Shown here one piece after another: positions 60,101 through 64,000 of a stretch of DNA of 64,000 bases. The notes below the pieces were generated by a model. The model was not told the DNA's origin and did not search any database. It saw only the letters and a program-made list of their open reading frames with translations. Each line of letters starts with the position of its first letter. Positions within the stretch are counted from its first letter, which is position 1. The position numbers and the translations under genes were made by a program. This DNA is from Rhynchopus sp. YZ270_cl-10 (Eukaryota): the NCBI GenBank assembly GCA_964035575.1, contig OZ037837.1:496001-560000 (forward strand). The letters run 5' to 3'.

Positions 60101-61525
60101 TCAGTCACACATATTATTATTGCAAGGGCTGAATTGGTCGTCAATGATGTGCACCCGCAGAGGAACCCCAATCGCAGTCACAGCTGCTAATCCCTTAAGA
60201 TCAACTGTCGACAACGATGTACACTTAAAGAGGAACCCGCTACCAATCGAGGTGACACCATGTAATCCGCTCAAATCAACTTTGGTCAAAACTGTGCAGT
60301 CACAAAGAAATATACTCCCTATCACAGTCACAGCAGACGCATGACTGATATCAATGCACGTCACTTCCGTATCCGAGAAGAAGCAGTCTGTAATCGCAGT
60401 CGCAGCTCCTGCCTTGCTTTTGAAAGTGTTGTCTCACACAACGCACGAAGTGCTGCAATGGCATCCTGCTTCCTCCTCTCTGTCTTGGAATGCGTTACAA
60501 CAACCCTGTGACCCCTCAGCTGCACCACGTCCCCTCCTTCTGCAATCATTTCATCTCTGAAAGTCATGTCGAAGCAGCCTTCACGCAACCCCACTGCAGA
60601 CGCCACCTTCCGCCGCAAGTCCCTGTACGTGTCATCCACACTCACATCAATCTCGTGTTCCGCTTTATCCAACCCCTGCACACGTACAGGCACAAAAAGC
60701 GCAGACCTCAAGGTGAGGGCATCGTGCACATTACAAATAGGTAACTTCAGGGAAAACGTTGCGTGTGGGTCTGCAGCACCCACAAAGCGGTGGCGGTCTC
60801 CACTCGCTGCCATGCTGTTGATGTTCCGCACAACGGCCTGCGACTCTGTGACCGCACGCAGCACCTGGTCGTCCCCAAGCTGGCACACCGCCTCGCACTC
60901 AGCAATCATGTGTCCTGCCTTCGCAACAAACGTCTTCAGCGCACACACCTCCCCTTCACGACTGAGTGCCTGTGTGAGGAAGCTCCGTGCCACCTCCTCC
61001 TCACACACGACTTCGCTGCGCGACACATCCTCACGCATCACAAGGTGCCCGATGTGTGTCTGCAGGAGAAGGTCTTTGTACCTGCCTTCTGTGGGTGGGA
61101 GTTCCTCAAGAACGCGGCACTTCTCCTCTGCATCAGTCCGCTGTGCTGTCAGGTCTGCCACGTGTGAGTGGAGGATGTCACGCTGGCGTTTCATGTAGTC
61201 CGTGATGTCAACTGTCTCGTGTCCCACATGTGTATCGCACTTGTCACAGCGAGTGCAGATCAACGCGTCTCCATATGCAGGGTGCACACAAATGAGGCAC
61301 AGCTCTTGGCCTGGGTGATGTGCACACTTCGACGACGTCCCGTACGCAGTCACAGAAGCGAGATGTGTCTCACGGTCACGTTTCCTTGGGTGGAAAGCAT
61401 CGTAGCATGCAGGTGTGTCACAGAAGAACAGCTCTGTGCAGATCCCGCACTGCAGCTGTGCAGGCGCGTCACAGTTCTCACAGTTGGGTATCTGTGGTGC
61501 GGTGGGCTGTGTGTCAAGACACCAT
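60101..61525 (-). pseudogene. B-box/coiled-coil/UBL/LRR paralog 6, disrupted
   Basis: One-base insertion just after the ATG (GTGTCAAGACACCAT vs GTGTCAGACACCAT), a deletion/frameshift at ~60415, and truncation in the third LRR. Confidence 0.82.
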
Positions 61526-63023
61526 GTTGTGTGTTTCGAAGAGGTGGGAGGGTGCAGGGGTTTCTGGAAGGGGTTGGGTGTGACTTATTGATGATGGGAA
61601 ACAGGAGGAAGGCGTTCCTCCATCACAGCGTGGACTCTCAACGAAGATGCCAACGGACGGCGCAACTAAGTTTTGCTGAAAAACTCACTTGCCATGCGTC
61701 AGCGCATGCCAGCAAGCTGTGGCAGCAACGTACATCGCTTGCCGCCACTATTGTGGCATCACAGGACCTGTCACACCGCGATGTGTCAGCTGACACCTTC
61801 GTCAGCGAGCGTCTCAAAGGCGCGACCTGAAGACCGCAGTGACGGCCATGCCGCTAACAAAAAGCGGATGAACAAACTGCTATTTCAGCTATGTATGATA
61901 TCCTCAACCCTGTCTCCCACGCCGCGGAGCTGGAGGTAGCTGAGGCTGACACCACCCGCATCCCCTTACACCTTCTGACATCGCTTCCTGGGACACCCTT
62001 TGGAAGGGTTTTAGAAGGCGGTAGTGGGTGCGGCAGCAGGAATCAAGAGAGATTCTTTGAAATGCTTCCGCGAGCAGTGTCGGGTGAGGGGCTTGAAAGC
62101 TGATGACACAAAGTCGGGTCATTTGCAAAGGATGAAGAAGGAGGATGGCATCAAGGATTCTGACGAAAGCGAAGCCGAAAAGGCTGAAGAGACTACAGAG
62201 GGTGATGAGGATGGAGAGAGCGACTCATCGGAGCCATCTGTTCCGCATCAGCCTAGACTAGGCTTAGTCTTATGAATGTCATGTGTAGCTTGCTTCTTAA
62301 ATGCTGTTATTTATGCATTATTTGCATGTGATGCCTTCAGAGAAGAAATAGCACAACACGAGGAGGACTTCTATGCATGATCAGTTGAAAGCACTACTTG
62401 CCACGTTGGAGGCAGCGCGACGCAGGGGGAAGTGGCAGTGGAGCAGTGGAAATGAGAGAAAAAGGGGAGCTTTTTTATTGAGTATTTGAACGAGTATTGA
62501 ACAGAAAAATCAAAAACACACTAAAACACTACGGTGGTGTGGCTGAAACACTTTTTTATTTGGGGGGGGGGGGGGGGGGGCTCTGAGGAGGCAAAGTGAC
62601 CCTCCGAGAGCCTTGTCGGCCTTTGAATAATAGTCACTAGTTTCGTTATTTACTGTTCAACGCAAAGCAGGAAACAGACGCAACAACATGAGGTGGTGCA
62701 AACAGTACACGACAGCACACAACAGTGGTTGTCAAAGGTAGGTGCCTTCTGGGAACACAAGCAGGAGGAAAGGCTACGTGGTGCCACACACGGCATGCAC
62801 ACCTGGGGTTAGAGGTACTCGCGCCTTCCCACGCCATTGACGGTAGTTGTGTTTCACGTGTGCAAAAGCCACTGCGGAACGGTGCGGTCTCCATTGCCAA
62901 CCCACCACAACGAGAGACATGTGCTATCTATCTTTGCGTATCTTCCCGCTTGGAGTTACACAGGCAAGGTGCAGGAAAAGGGAAGCAAAAGTAGATGGGC
63001 ACCTTTCCGTTGTGGAAGTGGGT

Positions 63024-63995
63024 TCAAGACAGTTGTGTCGTGTCGACAACATTCACACCGTCATCCCCTCCGTACATCACCACACCACCACAGCTGCTGA
63101 TTGCAATACCGTAAGAAGAATGGCTCTCGCTTGCACGACACGGCAGTTCCCTCTGTTCCCCTGTTGAGATGGACCACACGCACAAAGACTCTGAATCGGG
63201 CGCGTAGACAGCAACAATGTCGTCGGACACAGCCATGTCAGTCCAGAAGTTTTCAGAGTCATCTTCAAATACACGTTCACCTGTTTCAATGTCCCAGACG
63301 AGTACGCAGTCTGGGCCACACCCTGCAATGAAACGCTGGTTTGGTGTCAGTGCTATATAAGCACTGCGAGTAGGGAACGTAAGGCCAAGCACCTCGACCC
63401 CTGTCGTGTAGTCCCATACGGTGAGTAGGTTGCTGTTCTTCCCAAACATCGCCACCCTGTCGCCTGCCACAAGCATGACGTACTCGCACTGCACAATGTG
63501 GTCCCATTCATGCACAACAACGCCTGTTGCAATGTCCCACACCTGCAAACCCTTGCTGCCACACGACAACAGCTTTGTTCCACAAGGTGACCATGCCGTG
63601 GTCCTCGTCTCATCACCATCTGGAAGTTCTTCTAAAGAGTGCTCCAGTGCACCTGTCCTCACGTCATGAACTTCAGCACACTGCGTGTCCTCGTTGACAC
63701 ATGAGATCCACTCACTGCACGGTGAGAAGGCTGGGTTGCTATTATGCTGGCACCGGAAGTGGCACTGACGCTCATGTGTTTCTGTGTCGAAGATGGACAG
63801 ACCCTCCTCACGCCACATCACTGCAAGGTACCTATCACACGGGGAGAGTGTGAGCGAGAATGTATCATCCACACGTGGTATCACCCCAGGAGTGATGTTG
63901 GCTCCAGTGCAGTACAGCTCAACGGCACACCCCTCATCCATCACCGTATCGCAGATGCGCAAGTCGTCGTTCCCGATGTCGCCACCGCCTCTCAT
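63024..63995 (-). CDS. WD40-repeat protein, 5' end outside the window (probably UBL-WD40 family)
   Basis: LSPCDRYLAV, AFSPCSEWI, AWSPCGTKLLS..LQVWDI, LTVWDY, VLVWDI. The leading RICDTVMDEGCAVEL resembles the end of a UBL domain. Confidence 0.88.
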   Translation of the reverse strand: MRGGGDIGNDDLRICDTVMDEGCAVELYCTGANITPGVIPRVDDTFSLTLSPCDRYLAVMWREEGLSIFDTETHERQCHFRCQHNSNPAFSPCSEWISCVNEDTQCAEVHDVRTGALEHSLEELPDGDETRTTAWSPCGTKLLSCGSKGLQVWDIATGVVVHEWDHIVQCEYVMLVAGDRVAMFGKNSNLLTVWDYTTGVEVLGLTFPTRSAYIALTPNQRFIAGCGPDCVLVWDIETGERVFEDDSENFWTDMAVSDDIVAVYAPDSESLCVWSISTGEQRELPCRASESHSSYGIAISSCGGVVMYGGDDGVNVVDTTQLS

Positions 63996-64000
63996 CCGCA

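Overview
Eukaryotic genomic DNA, most likely from a euglenozoan protist such as a diplonemid (inference). All credible host genes lie on the minus strand, as in a directional gene cluster. Short GT-AG introns with GTATGT donors are present, as is a DUF1935-type calpain-like gene. Host genes are: a pseudo-nucleotide-cyclase/cyclic-nucleotide-gated-channel fusion, a DEK-C/CHZ-like acidic protein, a secreted CAP/SCP protein, an inactive calpain-like protein with a C2 domain, and a zinc-knuckle/PDZ protein. There is also an actively shuffling family of TRIM-like B-box/coiled-coil/ubiquitin-like/LRR genes (six copies with hypervariable LRR positions), interleaved with ubiquitin-like-WD40 genes. Intergenic DNA is dense with non-autonomous TIR elements (several with exact target-site duplications, some nested), plus one Tc1-like DD37E transposon and a probable retroelement relic. 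All of the very pure satellite arrays (three loci) lie inside TIR elements, and two unrelated elements carry the same bipartite cassette: (CAGTATACA)n-CAGGGGATTGGGAGT-(second repeat)n. A strand-biased, covarying ~31-nt hairpin recurs about 11 times.
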